DNA from: an uncultured Gammaproteobacteria bacterium
GTDB lineage: Bacteria; Patescibacteriota; Microgenomatia; UBA10105; UBA927
NCBI GenBank assembly: GCA_964515005.1
Contig: CAZEVT010000001.1
Coordinates: forward strand, 310,720-374,719
Direction of reading: 5' to 3'
Length of the DNA stretch: 64,000 bases
Part shown: piece after piece, positions 45,108 through 55,310 of the stretch
Numbering within the stretch: position 1 is the first letter of the stretch
How the letters are laid out: each line of letters starts with the position of its first letter
Program-made: the position numbers and the translations under genes
Notes under the pieces: model-generated
Told to the model about the DNA's origin: nothing
Seen by the model: the letters and a program-made list of their open reading frames with translations, nothing else
Databases searched by the model: none

Positions 45108-46013
45108 TTACCGGATTATATACCTATACCATCCGATGCGTGAGACGAGAGGAAAGACCAGAAGAACCATCATGTAAGCAAGTTTTTGTACCGGCCCGAA
45201 CTGTTTTGCTGCCTGTATCTCATTCAGTAACCAAGGGATAAAAGCCATGGGATAGGGTAGTGTCTTGATGTCAACATGTACGTGGGATGTCGTCCACGCA
45301 TCGGAGTACCCGTTCCAATAAGCAGTGGTAAGAAAAGGCCAGAGGCGGGTGCGGGGAACCGCATATGCCGTAATAGTAGGGTCAAACCAGACGATGTTCC
45401 CTTGCTCAAGGAGGGTGAGTCCTAATTCTACGTCCTCATTGCGGTAATAGGTGGGTCCGTCGGTGGGGAAGCCGACGGTTTGTATCACACTCCGGCGGAT
45501 CGCCATGGCTTCGCAGTCAAACATGCGCCCGAGGCGTAATTGCTGGATCCGGTTTGGTGCGTCAAGCATACTGCGGATTCCTTTGGTGTAATAGCTGTAT
45601 TGGACGGCGGCGTAGATATTGGTAGGCCGGGCATTTTTGATGTGCCCCATGACTGCCGAAAGACGCGGGTTTTTCTGAAAATGCTCACGAAACTTTTCAA
45701 GGTACCGTGGGTGGGCCGCAAGATCATCATCGAGATAGACAATGAGATCTCCATGGGCTTTTTGGTTCGCGAGGTTTCGTCCAAATGGCGTGGTGTGGTG
45801 CCTTGTGTTGTTGATTTTCGTGAGGGGAAGGCGGGGAGAAAACCCATCGCACACCCGTTCCGTTTCTTGAAAGAGCCGACGGCTACCGTTGACCACGAGA
45901 ACTTCCATCGGTTTGACCGTTTGCCGGGTAACGGTGAGAAGACATCTTTTCAAAAGTTGTGGTCGGTCGCAGGTGAGAATAACAAGGCTTACCGTCAGTG
46001 TTTTATGTTTCAT
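45108..46013 (-). CDS. Glycosyltransferase family 2
   Basis: VILTCDR, GRN, YLDDD, EDVELG. Confidence 0.87.
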   Translation of the reverse strand: MKHKTLTVSLVILTCDRPQLLKRCLLTVTRQTVKPMEVLVVNGSRRLFQETERVCDGFSPRLPLTKINNTRHHTTPFGRNLANQKAHGDLIVYLDDDLAAHPRYLEKFREHFQKNPRLSAVMGHIKNARPTNIYAAVQYSYYTKGIRSMLDAPNRIQQLRLGRMFDCEAMAIRRSVIQTVGFPTDGPTYYRNEDVELGLTLLEQGNIVWFDPTITAYAVPRTRLWPFLTTAYWNGYSDAWTTSHVHVDIKTLPYPMAFIPWLLNEIQAAKQFGPVQKLAYMMVLLVFPLVSRIGWYRYIIR

Positions 46014-47031
46014 GAAGGGGCGGAGTATAGAGAGATCTCCCTGTGGTGATCATGGATGCAATATCCCCCACAACGGAGAGTTTATTTTTTTTGATGGCAT
46101 CTTTGGCAGTGCAGATGAGCCAACAATCATTACAGACTTCAGCTTTCGGCAAAAAATGCTGTCTTGGTTTTGAACACCATATTTGTTCAAATGATTGTTT
46201 CCGTAAGTTTCCGATAGGCCAGTTTTTTATTTGACACATAAAGATATTGGCAAACGGATCCATATAAAAAAAGTTTTCTCCGGCCCCACAGCGCAGGGGG
46301 CGTTGGTGGTGAACCATATACTCGTACGAGTATCGATTAAACCATGCTTTCCCCCAGTCTTTCGGGTTGAGGCTTTTGATTTGTTTTTTAAACAGTCTGT
46401 CAAAATCAGCTTTTACATCTTCAGGTTTGGGTTGCAGCGGAGTTTTGCCTGTGCCGAAGTAGATCGGCGAGTCATGGACGATGTTGAGAGAGAAGGATAA
46501 GCCCTCTTTTTTACAATAGTCATACACGGTATGGAGCTCATGTTTATTTATATTCATGAGGGTGAAGGTGAGTCCTATGTCTTTTACTCCGGCCTTTTTG
46601 AGTATGGCGACTGTTTGTAACACCTTTTCAAACGCATGAGGAATGCGGCGTACTTTTTCGTGCGTTTTACCCCAACCATCAAGCGATACCCGGAAGGCGA
46701 TTTTGGGGTCTGCAGCAACAATAGCGGGCACGTATTTTTGTATTTTTTCCGGGAGAAAGCCGTTGGTGGTGATGAGAATCCGTGCTCTCGGGCAGGTTAT
46801 TCGTACTGTTTGGACAATCTCGGGTATGTCATTTCTTAGGAACGGTTCACCGCCGGTAATATCGACCATTTCGAGACTTGCAGGAAGCTTGCGATATACC
46901 TCAATGGGCAGAAAGTCCATGCCTCTGTTTTTCCAGATATCACAATGAATACAGCGTGAGTTACAAAGGAGAGTCACTGCCAAAAATGCGCTGGTTGGTA
47001 ACGATGATGGTATTGTCTGGTTTGTTTGCAT
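46003..47031 (-). CDS. Radical SAM/SPASM domain protein
   Basis: CNSRCIHC, TGGEPFLR, VSLDG, then CGAG...C...GNL..SFEQIW..CNDCWLIC. Confidence 0.92.
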   Translation of the reverse strand: MQTNQTIPSSLPTSAFLAVTLLCNSRCIHCDIWKNRGMDFLPIEVYRKLPASLEMVDITGGEPFLRNDIPEIVQTVRITCPRARILITTNGFLPEKIQKYVPAIVAADPKIAFRVSLDGWGKTHEKVRRIPHAFEKVLQTVAILKKAGVKDIGLTFTLMNINKHELHTVYDYCKKEGLSFSLNIVHDSPIYFGTGKTPLQPKPEDVKADFDRLFKKQIKSLNPKDWGKAWFNRYSYEYMVHHQRPLRCGAGENFFYMDPFANIFMCQIKNWPIGNLRKQSFEQIWCSKPRQHFLPKAEVCNDCWLICTAKDAIKKNKLSVVGDIASMITTGRSLYTPPLHET

Positions 47032-47042
47032 ACGTCTTTACG

Positions 47043-47525
47043 TTAGACCCACCCAGCGACAAGAGAGTCAAGATGTGTAATAAGTTTACTATTATTTTCT
47101 TGAACTGGTTTTGTTTTACTCTTTATGATGAATATATCTTTGAGCAATGTGTTATCTGCAATAATGCACACGAGTCTGCGCTTTGCCATAAATCGACAAA
47201 AGTCGACCTGATGATCATTTAAGTGTTCACCGAATTGTTTTTGTCTGGGCAGTACCCATGGGATTTTGCCGAATGACAGTGCCTGATAAATGGTCGCCGG
47301 CCCGCCATGGCAGATAATAACCCGCGCACGTTTCATGCCATCCATGAGTTTTTCGTGGGAAATAAAAGCATGCAGTTCTATATGCGCATGCATGCCTTTT
47401 GGTGGGGTACGGCCATATTGAAAGATGATTTTTTCTTGAGGGTTGCAGATTGCTGCGATCTCTTGCACGAGGTTAGCCATACGGGTAAAAGGAAAGAGTG
47501 TAGACCCTACGGTCACAAGAATCAT
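47043..47525 (-). CDS. pssE: PssE/Cps14G (Alg13-like) glycosyltransferase subunit
   Basis: MILVTVGS, CHGGPAT, PRQKQFGEHLNDHQ. Confidence 0.88.
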   Translation of the reverse strand: MILVTVGSTLFPFTRMANLVQEIAAICNPQEKIIFQYGRTPPKGMHAHIELHAFISHEKLMDGMKRARVIICHGGPATIYQALSFGKIPWVLPRQKQFGEHLNDHQVDFCRFMAKRRLVCIIADNTLLKDIFIIKSKTKPVQENNSKLITHLDSLVAGWV

Positions 47526-47977
47526 AATATAGCTCCTTTATAGTGAGCTTTGGGATAAAACGTGCGCTGATGCGGGTGTTGTACAAGCATTACATCGACC
47601 AATGGAGCAAGGAGTCGTCCGGTCAGACTTGGATGGGCCACTAAATCGTACGGTTCTATAAACACCGTTTTGATTCCCAGGAGCTTTCCTATATAAAAGA
47701 ACGGCGGGGCAATACCGGCGCCACAACTTATAAGAAGGCTGGGTTGTTCGCGTCGCAAAATCGTCCAAGCCAGAAAGATATGGCGTAGCGCGTTAGGAAG
47801 GTTTCTGGTTTCCGGATAATAGCCATAATACACGCGTTCTCCTGCAAGCAGGGATGTGGTGTCTTCTCCGGGGAATGTAACCCAGAAGCGGTGATATTTT
47901 TTCCACCATGGCTTGAGCCGGTACATCTGAAACAAATGTCCGCCACGAGAGGTAATAATGCCTATTTTTGGATTCAT
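47522..47977 (-). CDS. pssD: PssD/Cps14F (Alg14-like) glycosyltransferase subunit
   Basis: SRGGHL, ISCGAGIAPP, TVFIE, SLTGR, VQ. True start is ATG 47977 (ATGA overlap). Confidence 0.88.
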   Translation of the reverse strand: MNPKIGIITSRGGHLFQMYRLKPWWKKYHRFWVTFPGEDTTSLLAGERVYYGYYPETRNLPNALRHIFLAWTILRREQPSLLISCGAGIAPPFFYIGKLLGIKTVFIEPYDLVAHPSLTGRLLAPLVDVMLVQHPHQRTFYPKAHYKGAIL

Positions 47978-48855
47978 CGATTCGTAGTGTATCCCCATAG
48001 TCTGATCCATGCAAGAGTAATATATACCAGCGGCAGCAGGAGCGCCTCTTTCCATTGCAGTCGATATATATACGATAGTTCTCTTTTCCAAGCGCTTTGG
48101 ATATGAAGAAGCAGTTTTTTTGTCGGGATGGCTCCAAGACGCTCTGATGGGTCGAGAATACGGTCTAGATATCCTTCGCTTGCCGCAAACCGCCGGTGTT
48201 GGGCGATACATCCTGCAAATGTTGTTCGTTCGTGATGAAATGCAATGATTGAGGAGTCAAAATATATGGGGACACCCTGTCGCTTGAGGCGTAGGCCAAG
48301 TTCTATGTCTTCTGATCCACGTGTCATGACAGGATTGAAACCGTGATATTTGTGAAAGAGTTTGCGCGGGAGAGACGCATTTTTATTATCAAACGTTTTA
48401 AGCTTCGAGGGGCCGATTTTCATAGCTTCGAGCCAGTTTTTATAATGGTCGCCCATGATATCCACGTAGAGATTGTCATGTGGTATGCTATGGGTTATGC
48501 CTTGTATGAGGGCGTTTGGGTGTTTTTGGTGGGCGCGCCGTATGGCGGCCATAAAGGCAGGGTTGGCGATACAGTCGTCATCCAAAAAGACAATGATTTG
48601 ACCACGAGCTTTGCGTACAGCCAGATTATACAGCCTCGGGTACCCGGCAACGGTCGTCCTGTACGATCGAATGGGCAGGAGTGATTCAAATGAAGCAATG
48701 ACGAGCCCTGTCTCATCGGTTGAGGCATTGTCGATGAGAATTATTTCGTCTCCGGGATTGGTTTGGCCGACCAAGGATGCGAGGTTTTTTTTGAGGAATA
48801 CTGCTCGATTCTTGGTCAGGGTGATGATGGAAAGGCTGGGTGAGGATTGTTTCAT
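47974..48855 (-). CDS. Glycosyltransferase family 2
   Basis: IDNASTDET, FLDDDC, SEDIELG. Start refined to ATG 48855. Confidence 0.88.
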   Translation of the reverse strand: MKQSSPSLSIITLTKNRAVFLKKNLASLVGQTNPGDEIILIDNASTDETGLVIASFESLLPIRSYRTTVAGYPRLYNLAVRKARGQIIVFLDDDCIANPAFMAAIRRAHQKHPNALIQGITHSIPHDNLYVDIMGDHYKNWLEAMKIGPSKLKTFDNKNASLPRKLFHKYHGFNPVMTRGSEDIELGLRLKRQGVPIYFDSSIIAFHHERTTFAGCIAQHRRFAASEGYLDRILDPSERLGAIPTKKLLLHIQSAWKRELSYIYRLQWKEALLLPLVYITLAWIRLWGYTTNR

Positions 48856-50867
48856 TGGGTGGTAATGGTTGGAATCGACGCAATGTCGCTTTCGAAACTG
48901 CCGGGCACCGGCAGCATGGAAAGATCTTCCCATACGAGAGCACAGCCGTTGCGGGCGTAGGGATTACTCATGCAGACAATCAGTGTTTGGTGGGCGGCCT
49001 GTTGATCGCCAGTCCAGTAGTATTGGGCGCTAGCAAGCTCCATATGGTAGTACCCCCATTGAGGTGCCCCGTCGCGGGCAACGGTCCAAAAAAGTATCGT
49101 TGCATCTTTGTTACCCGTGGTTTCAAACAAGGAACGACCGACGAAATAAAAGAACTTTGCGGGTCCATCTATCCCCGAGAGATATCCGAGAGTTTGTAGA
49201 AATGAGGAGCTCTCGAGATAGTGTTGAAATTCATCTTTTTGCATATACGTACACAGTGAAGGAGAGGCACGAGATGAACCCTTTTTTGTCAAAGAACATA
49301 CTGCCTCGCCAGCCCCGCGTAGATCATGTATGTCTATGCGAGAGAGTATATATGCTTGGAGATAGGCATAGTTGTAGGGGTCAATAGACAAGAGCGTTTC
49401 ATATAAGGGAAATGAGTTTTCGGGTGTCGCCCTTTTGGCTAGGGCAAAAAGTATATCGGGGTCTTTCCTATAGAGAAATAGCATACGGGATTGCATCGCC
49501 AATGGGAGAGCGGGAACGGACGATTGTATCATGTGTAAAATGATTTCCTTGCGGTACGGCGCGAGCATGCCAGCAAGGGTAGTGCGGCCGGAAAAGAGTG
49601 CTATGCTACTTATTGTATAACTGAGTACATACAGCCAGAGTATGCCTAGCAGTACCCCTTGGAGGGCCTTAAGGGGGCCAGTCAGCGATGATTGACCCAA
49701 GGTATTTCTTATCAGTATGCCAATACTTGCCCACACGAGAAGCCAGATGGACAGTTGATCGAGGGTCACCTCAAATGTGCTATACAGAATTGTAAGGAGG
49801 ACACTGGTTGCAAGCGCTTTTTCCCATGGGTTCTTGTTTGTGTGTTTCAACTTTCTCACCATATGTGATATGACGATTCCAAAAAGAAAAAAGATTGATA
49901 TAGTGCCCAACACGCCGTTTTCTGCCAGTGTTTGTAACGGGAATGAGTGGGCGTACCGCGCATATTGCCCTGCGTTCGTTTGATAGGCCCGCGATGCGAG
50001 GGTAAAGGTGCCCGGGCCTATGCCAAAAACAGGTGCGTGGCGAATTGCTTTGACTGCTTGGTCTATAAACGCCCATCGCTCTTGGTTAACCGGCATATCT
50101 TTAAGAAAGAAGCGATTCAATGGATAGTGTGCGATAATGGCCGCTGTTTGTTCATAGGGGATGAGCGAGAGCCAGACGAGCGAGAAAAGGGCTATAGCCA
50201 TGGCACACATGCCCAAAGCAAGATGCCTATGATGTTTCAAGCGAAAATCTTCTACCACTATTGTGATAAGCCAGAGGACTATGATCAGGATTGCGCCACG
50301 GGCGCCGCTTAGGATAAGCGCCACACAAGCGGCAACCAGGGTGATACGCGACACTGCGGTCGGATGGTTTCGGTGATCCACAAGAAAAAGAGGGAAAAAA
50401 AATACCAGAAGATACGCGATGGGGTGGTGGCCATTGACCGCAATCATGCCGGTATATGCCGGAAGCAGATGTTGAAGCGGGGCGACGACAACAAGGAGTA
50501 GAAATGTCGCCAGAATGATGCGCCCCAAAAGGACCAGGGAAGAAGGAAATGCAGAGCGATATGTTTTTGTGTGCGATGCTATCCACGCCATGAGGAGAAA
50601 GGCCTCTATATATCTCACAACGACAGGTATTGACGAGGCGATGCTATGAGATATGGCTGTTGTAACAAGGAGACTGGCAAAAACTGCTATCCACAAAAAT
50701 TTTATATATTTTGATATAAAACGGAGTGAATTTTTTTGGAATGGCCTCGTGACATACAGGATACATATGATGAATGCCCAGTACACCTCTACCAAATTGT
50801 CTATATTCTGTGGCAGAAACAGGGAAATAAAAAAGAAGATAAAAAACACGCCAATACTTACAGACAC
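48852..50867 (-). CDS. O-antigen ligase-family protein with helical/TPR-like C-terminus
   Basis: SGARGA, GIGPGTF, YAHSFPLQTLAENGVLG. Confidence 0.83.
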   Translation of the reverse strand: MSVSIGVFFIFFFISLFLPQNIDNLVEVYWAFIICILYVTRPFQKNSLRFISKYIKFLWIAVFASLLVTTAISHSIASSIPVVVRYIEAFLLMAWIASHTKTYRSAFPSSLVLLGRIILATFLLLVVVAPLQHLLPAYTGMIAVNGHHPIAYLLVFFFPLFLVDHRNHPTAVSRITLVAACVALILSGARGAILIIVLWLITIVVEDFRLKHHRHLALGMCAMAIALFSLVWLSLIPYEQTAAIIAHYPLNRFFLKDMPVNQERWAFIDQAVKAIRHAPVFGIGPGTFTLASRAYQTNAGQYARYAHSFPLQTLAENGVLGTISIFFLFGIVISHMVRKLKHTNKNPWEKALATSVLLTILYSTFEVTLDQLSIWLLVWASIGILIRNTLGQSSLTGPLKALQGVLLGILWLYVLSYTISSIALFSGRTTLAGMLAPYRKEIILHMIQSSVPALPLAMQSRMLFLYRKDPDILFALAKRATPENSFPLYETLLSIDPYNYAYLQAYILSRIDIHDLRGAGEAVCSLTKKGSSRASPSLCTYMQKDEFQHYLESSSFLQTLGYLSGIDGPAKFFYFVGRSLFETTGNKDATILFWTVARDGAPQWGYYHMELASAQYYWTGDQQAAHQTLIVCMSNPYARNGCALVWEDLSMLPVPGSFESDIASIPTITTQ

Positions 50868-51664
50868 TTTTGAGTGCGCGCGACCCCGGATGCCGCTGCC
50901 GAGCAGTCGGTAACGGCAGGATCTTTACACGTGCTATTGGTGACCGTGTAGTATGTGCCGCTTACATCGCAGGCTGGGGCAGAGGTGATATATCCGGTTG
51001 TACCTGTCGTAGTGTTGGCATCAAAGCTTGCATATCCTGACCCATTCGTACAGGCGTCACACGTATACAGACTGGTAACTTCTTGTGTTTCTACTCCACT
51101 ACAGTTCCAGTCATGGGTCAGAGACGCATTCACGTTATTGGTAAACGTTCCGCTAAAGTACGTAACTTGTCCGGGGTTTGCATTGGCATCACTAGTGCCG
51201 CAGTCAACCGTTGTTGCCGTTAATTTATTTTTTCGGACGTAGCCGGCGCCACCGCTTGTAGAACACGTCGTTGGGCTTGCGGAGTAGCCATCCGCGTCGC
51301 TATCCAGTACATAGCATTTGACGCCGGGATTCAGACTGATAAAACTTCCCGACACCGCAAGCGTACCTCCCGTCATACTGAGATTGCCGACTCCTAAGTA
51401 TGTGAAGGCGCCGGAGGCTCCGGAATTTATCGTGACGGTGACTCCGGGTGGGACAATGACTTTGTACCCATTCAGTGCATCATCGGCACCGCTTGAATAA
51501 TCGTAGTATTCTGCTGATTGACCATCAATGCCGCAGGTTACTGCGGTGACAATCCCATCGGGATCATTATGTGCCCAACCACAGGCTGCATAGGCAACAG
51601 ACCGTCCCTGCACAAAGAAGAAAAACACTAAAAAAAGAAGCGTATATCGTAGTAAGTTTTTCAT
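50858..51664 (-). CDS. Secreted Cys/Thr/Gly-rich protein with MopE-like metal-binding motif
   Basis: Signal peptide (AYA), DSDADGY...DC..DANANPG...DWNCSG, many Cys. Confidence 0.72.
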   Translation of the reverse strand: MKNLLRYTLLFLVFFFFVQGRSVAYAACGWAHNDPDGIVTAVTCGIDGQSAEYYDYSSGADDALNGYKVIVPPGVTVTINSGASGAFTYLGVGNLSMTGGTLAVSGSFISLNPGVKCYVLDSDADGYSASPTTCSTSGGAGYVRKNKLTATTVDCGTSDANANPGQVTYFSGTFTNNVNASLTHDWNCSGVETQEVTSLYTCDACTNGSGYASFDANTTTGTTGYITSAPACDVSGTYYTVTNSTCKDPAVTDCSAAASGVARTQKCL

Positions 51665-52212
51665 TTTCGTTCCCGTATCGTAATTGTCACCATTCCTTTA
51701 TTGTATGCTGATTGCGCAGTGACGCCGACAATATAGTTATAGGTATAACTTTCCGGCACAGTCCATGATACTTGCCAACTGCCGTTGTCTGCAGTCCCCG
51801 CTACCCGCGCCAGCGGTAATTTGGTGGTTTTGGTGTCCGTGCGTATAGCAAGGGCGGCTTGAGTAACTGGATATTTATTGGGTATGTTGACCGTAAATGT
51901 TTGTGTGGCCCCAACAGCAGGATCCAACGGATCGATTGCGACTTCGGCAATATTAATATCTGTTGTTGAACCACCGCTTACCCGATAGGTATCTTTTCCA
52001 TGAAATAGCTTCGTCGGCGTTGGTGTGGGGGTTGGGCGAGAGGACTCTTCCGGGGCGAACGTACTGCTTTGCTCTTGGTTCCGGAGTGTTTGGAGGATTT
52101 TTTGGGTGCGGTATGCGTAGGCCGCCGCAAGCAGAATAATAATGAGAAGAGCTACGCTGACAGCGACGCCAGTGTTCTTTTTTTTACTTTTTGATCGGTC
52201 AGTCGTTCCCAT
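51661..52212 (-). CDS. TM-anchored Ig-like protein with PT linker
   Basis: TM helix, RPTPTPTPT, beta-sandwich-like C-terminus. Confidence 0.75.
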   Translation of the reverse strand: MGTTDRSKSKKKNTGVAVSVALLIIILLAAAYAYRTQKILQTLRNQEQSSTFAPEESSRPTPTPTPTKLFHGKDTYRVSGGSTTDINIAEVAIDPLDPAVGATQTFTVNIPNKYPVTQAALAIRTDTKTTKLPLARVAGTADNGSWQVSWTVPESYTYNYIVGVTAQSAYNKGMVTITIRERK

Positions 52213-52283
52213 AGAGGCAGCCGAGAGCGGACTCTTATTTAGTCATACCCCATATCACCATAGTTGTCAACTCCCCGCGTTCG

Positions 52284-53912
52284 TCAGAAATAACCCTCTT
52301 GGATTAGTGTACGCTTTTTTTCTTCATCAATCCAACCGGGAAATTCACTCTTGACTGGTTCATATACGGGGGGACCATTGAGGGTGGCACGAAGCGTATT
52401 GTAAAGATTCTGCATTATACCCGAGTTGGTTGCGACAATATTATTTTTTTCGCCGGGATCAAGTTTGAGGTTATAGAGCTCTAATTGTGGGATCGTCTGA
52501 TTACCTATATAGAGCTTCCATAGACCGTCCCGGATCGATTGTATGGTGTCTCCTCGATGCTGGCTTATCACATAGGAATCGCCCGTGGCATTGGGCTTGC
52601 CCAACAGGAGTGGTAGTAAACTTTTTCCTTCAAGTTGGCCTTTGAATTTCACGCCGATTATGTCAAGGAGGGTAGGGTATATATCGATACTTTGTCCTAA
52701 CGCATCATACGTTCCTTGTCTCACGCGGGGAGCAGACAGGATGAACGGTACGTACGTGGTCGTATTATAAATATTCCATCCATGATCAAATTCCCCATGT
52801 TCCATAAATTCTTCTCCGTGATCCGCGGTAAAAATGACAATGGTTTTTCTTTTTACTTCGGGTTTCGATACAAAGGAAAGGAGTGGTTTCAGGGTCTCGT
52901 CGAGGCCGTTGATGCGCTCATCATAGAGGCTCCGTACATAGGCAATCATGGCGGGATCCTTTTTATCAATTTTTTCCCAGTACCACGAAGCGTAGAGCTC
53001 ATATTGTTCATACCCTGGAAGTGACCATACCATGTCGCGAGCTTTTCGCAAATTACTGTGTACCAGAGCATCACGCAGTCCGTCCACAATGGCACTATTT
53101 CGCGTTTTACTTTCGGCATTCTCACTCTCTGTTAGGCGCCTGCGAAATTCCCCGAGCACAAATTGATAAAATGGTAATGTATCAGCCTCAAATTCTTTCC
53201 GAGTCAGAGGAATTTCCGGAAACGATTTGGGCACGTAACGCAGAGGTTCTTTTTCGGTGAGATACGGCGCGTGCACATAGTAGGTATGGAGAAACATAAA
53301 TGTTGGTTTTCCATCCAGAAATTTTGGCAGAAGCTTTTCATATTCAGCTCGCCACTCCGGTACCCAACTATTTATCGAATATATTTCATCAAACCCCCGC
53401 TCCAAGCCTTTGTCCAGAGGCAGATTCGGATCATCGGTAACACCTGCGTAGATGGTTCTATACCCATGGGTTTTTAGTGTTTGCGTCAAGGTCATAATGG
53501 CAGGATTGAGCGTATCTTTTAGCATATTGATCATGTGATGTTTACTGGGGTAGAGCCCGGTAAATATAGACATATGGCTATCTAAGGTGAACGAAGATTG
53601 TGAATAAAATCGGGAGAACAAAATATTTTGCGAAGCAAAGGCGCAAAGATTCGGCGCGGTATTGCGGGCGTACCCATAACAGGGCAACTCATCTGCGCGC
53701 AGGGTGTCCAAAGAGACCAAGATAATATTGCAATCCGGACAACTCGGTAGTCCCGGAATTATTTTTGGTGACCGATACACGATTTCGTCCACCAGTCGTC
53801 TAAGGAATGGGAAAGGACGGGGGAATACGTACGTTAATACCATAACTGCCCCCATACAAAGGACTATAAACGTACGATGTGATGTATATATTGGGTGTTT
53901 GATCTTACTCAT
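52284..53912 (-). CDS. Sulfatase-like hydrolase/transferase (alkaline phosphatase superfamily)
   Basis: NIILVSLDTLRAD, FTLDSHMSIFTG, HAPY, TADHGEEF.EHG, LYNL..DPGE. Confidence 0.87.
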   Translation of the reverse strand: MSKIKHPIYTSHRTFIVLCMGAVMVLTYVFPRPFPFLRRLVDEIVYRSPKIIPGLPSCPDCNIILVSLDTLRADELPCYGYARNTAPNLCAFASQNILFSRFYSQSSFTLDSHMSIFTGLYPSKHHMINMLKDTLNPAIMTLTQTLKTHGYRTIYAGVTDDPNLPLDKGLERGFDEIYSINSWVPEWRAEYEKLLPKFLDGKPTFMFLHTYYVHAPYLTEKEPLRYVPKSFPEIPLTRKEFEADTLPFYQFVLGEFRRRLTESENAESKTRNSAIVDGLRDALVHSNLRKARDMVWSLPGYEQYELYASWYWEKIDKKDPAMIAYVRSLYDERINGLDETLKPLLSFVSKPEVKRKTIVIFTADHGEEFMEHGEFDHGWNIYNTTTYVPFILSAPRVRQGTYDALGQSIDIYPTLLDIIGVKFKGQLEGKSLLPLLLGKPNATGDSYVISQHRGDTIQSIRDGLWKLYIGNQTIPQLELYNLKLDPGEKNNIVATNSGIMQNLYNTLRATLNGPPVYEPVKSEFPGWIDEEKKRTLIQEGYF

Positions 53913-55270
53913 AGAGCTTTATATTTAGTGAGTGTTTGATACATAAGTCTATTAAATAAGTCTTTTTCTTTGGGATTTCCTTGACCCGCAAGATTCTGTT
54001 GTTCTTTGGGATCGTGGTGCATGTTGTAGAGTTTTGTTACTTTCGTTTCTTCATCATAGATAAGTTTCCAACCGTCGTTGGTGCGCAGCGATTTGAGAGA
54101 GGTGGCGTATCGATAGGAGGTTTCGGCAAAAACATCCAGTGCTAATCTAGCCCCCTTCATGAGAGGAGCCAGGCTTACTCCTTCGAGTTGGGATGCAAGG
54201 GATGCGGCGGGTGTGATGCCCACTAGTGAAAAGATTGTCGGCATGATATCTATCGTGCGCACCTGATCATCTATAATCTTTCCTTTTGATATACCAGGTA
54301 CCACAATAAGAAGCGGCACGTGTAGCAGTTCGTCGTAGAGCGTCATACCATGATCAATTCTGCCGTGCTCGTAGAATTCTTCTCCGTGGTTGGATGTGAA
54401 GATTATGATCGTTTTCTCCGCTAATCCCAATGCCTGATATGAAGCAAAAAAATTGGCAAGGCGAAGATCAGCACGAGCCAGTTTTTCATCATACAATGCC
54501 CGAAGTGTCGCCACATCTGCGGGTGTCAAAAAGACATTTCCCTGCGTCATTCCCTCTTCGCGCAGTGCCTTTTCCTCTTCTTTGGCCCCGGTAATCGGGC
54601 CCTGATAGGAACGGTCAACAAAACGTTTATCGTAGCCCTCAGGTGGTATATATTGTCCATGCACATCAAATCCATGGAGGAATATAAATAACCGTTCGTT
54701 TTTATGGGACGAGATAAAATTGAGTGCGTTGGGGGCTGCGGTATCTAGGCCATGAAATCCATCGTCGGTTATATAGCTATCAAATCCTATATCAAATCCA
54801 AATCCGGTGGCAAACGGCCCGCCTCCCATAAAAGCGGCCGTCGTATATCCTTGAGCCTTTAGAGCCCCCGCCAGCGTGACAATCTGCGGGGAAACAGTCG
54901 CAAGGTGGGCAGGAATCAAGCCTTCTTGCTCTGTTTTGCCAACCAAAACTTTGTTGACAATCTTATGTGTTGATGGATACGTACCCGTAAGCAAACTCAT
55001 AGCAGAGGGAAGGGTCCATGGTGCTGGCGCAAACGCATTACGAAACAAAAATCCCCGGCGGGATAGCGAGTCAATAAACGGTGTGGCAGGTCGTGGATTT
55101 CCTAATACACCCAGACCATCCGCCCGTAACGGATCAAGAGCAATAAGAATAATATTACAATCCGCGCACCGGAAGGCTTGTTGCGTATGGGGGTAAACAA
55201 CAGCCCATTGATACCAACCCAACGCGATGAGCATACCCAGAACGGCAATACGTAATGTTATCGATTTCAT
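53909..55270 (-). CDS. Sulfatase-like hydrolase/transferase (alkaline phosphatase superfamily)
   Basis: NIILIALDPLRAD, WTLPSAMSLLTG, SNHGEEFYEHG, DIMPT. Confidence 0.87.
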   Translation of the reverse strand: MKSITLRIAVLGMLIALGWYQWAVVYPHTQQAFRCADCNIILIALDPLRADGLGVLGNPRPATPFIDSLSRRGFLFRNAFAPAPWTLPSAMSLLTGTYPSTHKIVNKVLVGKTEQEGLIPAHLATVSPQIVTLAGALKAQGYTTAAFMGGGPFATGFGFDIGFDSYITDDGFHGLDTAAPNALNFISSHKNERLFIFLHGFDVHGQYIPPEGYDKRFVDRSYQGPITGAKEEEKALREEGMTQGNVFLTPADVATLRALYDEKLARADLRLANFFASYQALGLAEKTIIIFTSNHGEEFYEHGRIDHGMTLYDELLHVPLLIVVPGISKGKIIDDQVRTIDIMPTIFSLVGITPAASLASQLEGVSLAPLMKGARLALDVFAETSYRYATSLKSLRTNDGWKLIYDEETKVTKLYNMHHDPKEQQNLAGQGNPKEKDLFNRLMYQTLTKYKAL

Positions 55271-55310
55271 TCGTGTGGTATAGTTAACTATATCAGATTA
55301 GAAATAGAGT

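Noticed and set aside
47978-48211. N-terminal extension of the PssD ORF
   Set aside because: Overlaps the upstream GT2. The family motif begins at ATG 47977, which has its own -10 and ATGA coupling.
46003-55270. Radical SAM as anaerobic sulfatase maturase for the nearby sulfatase-like genes
   Set aside because: Targets lack the Cys/Ser-x-Pro-x-Arg motif.
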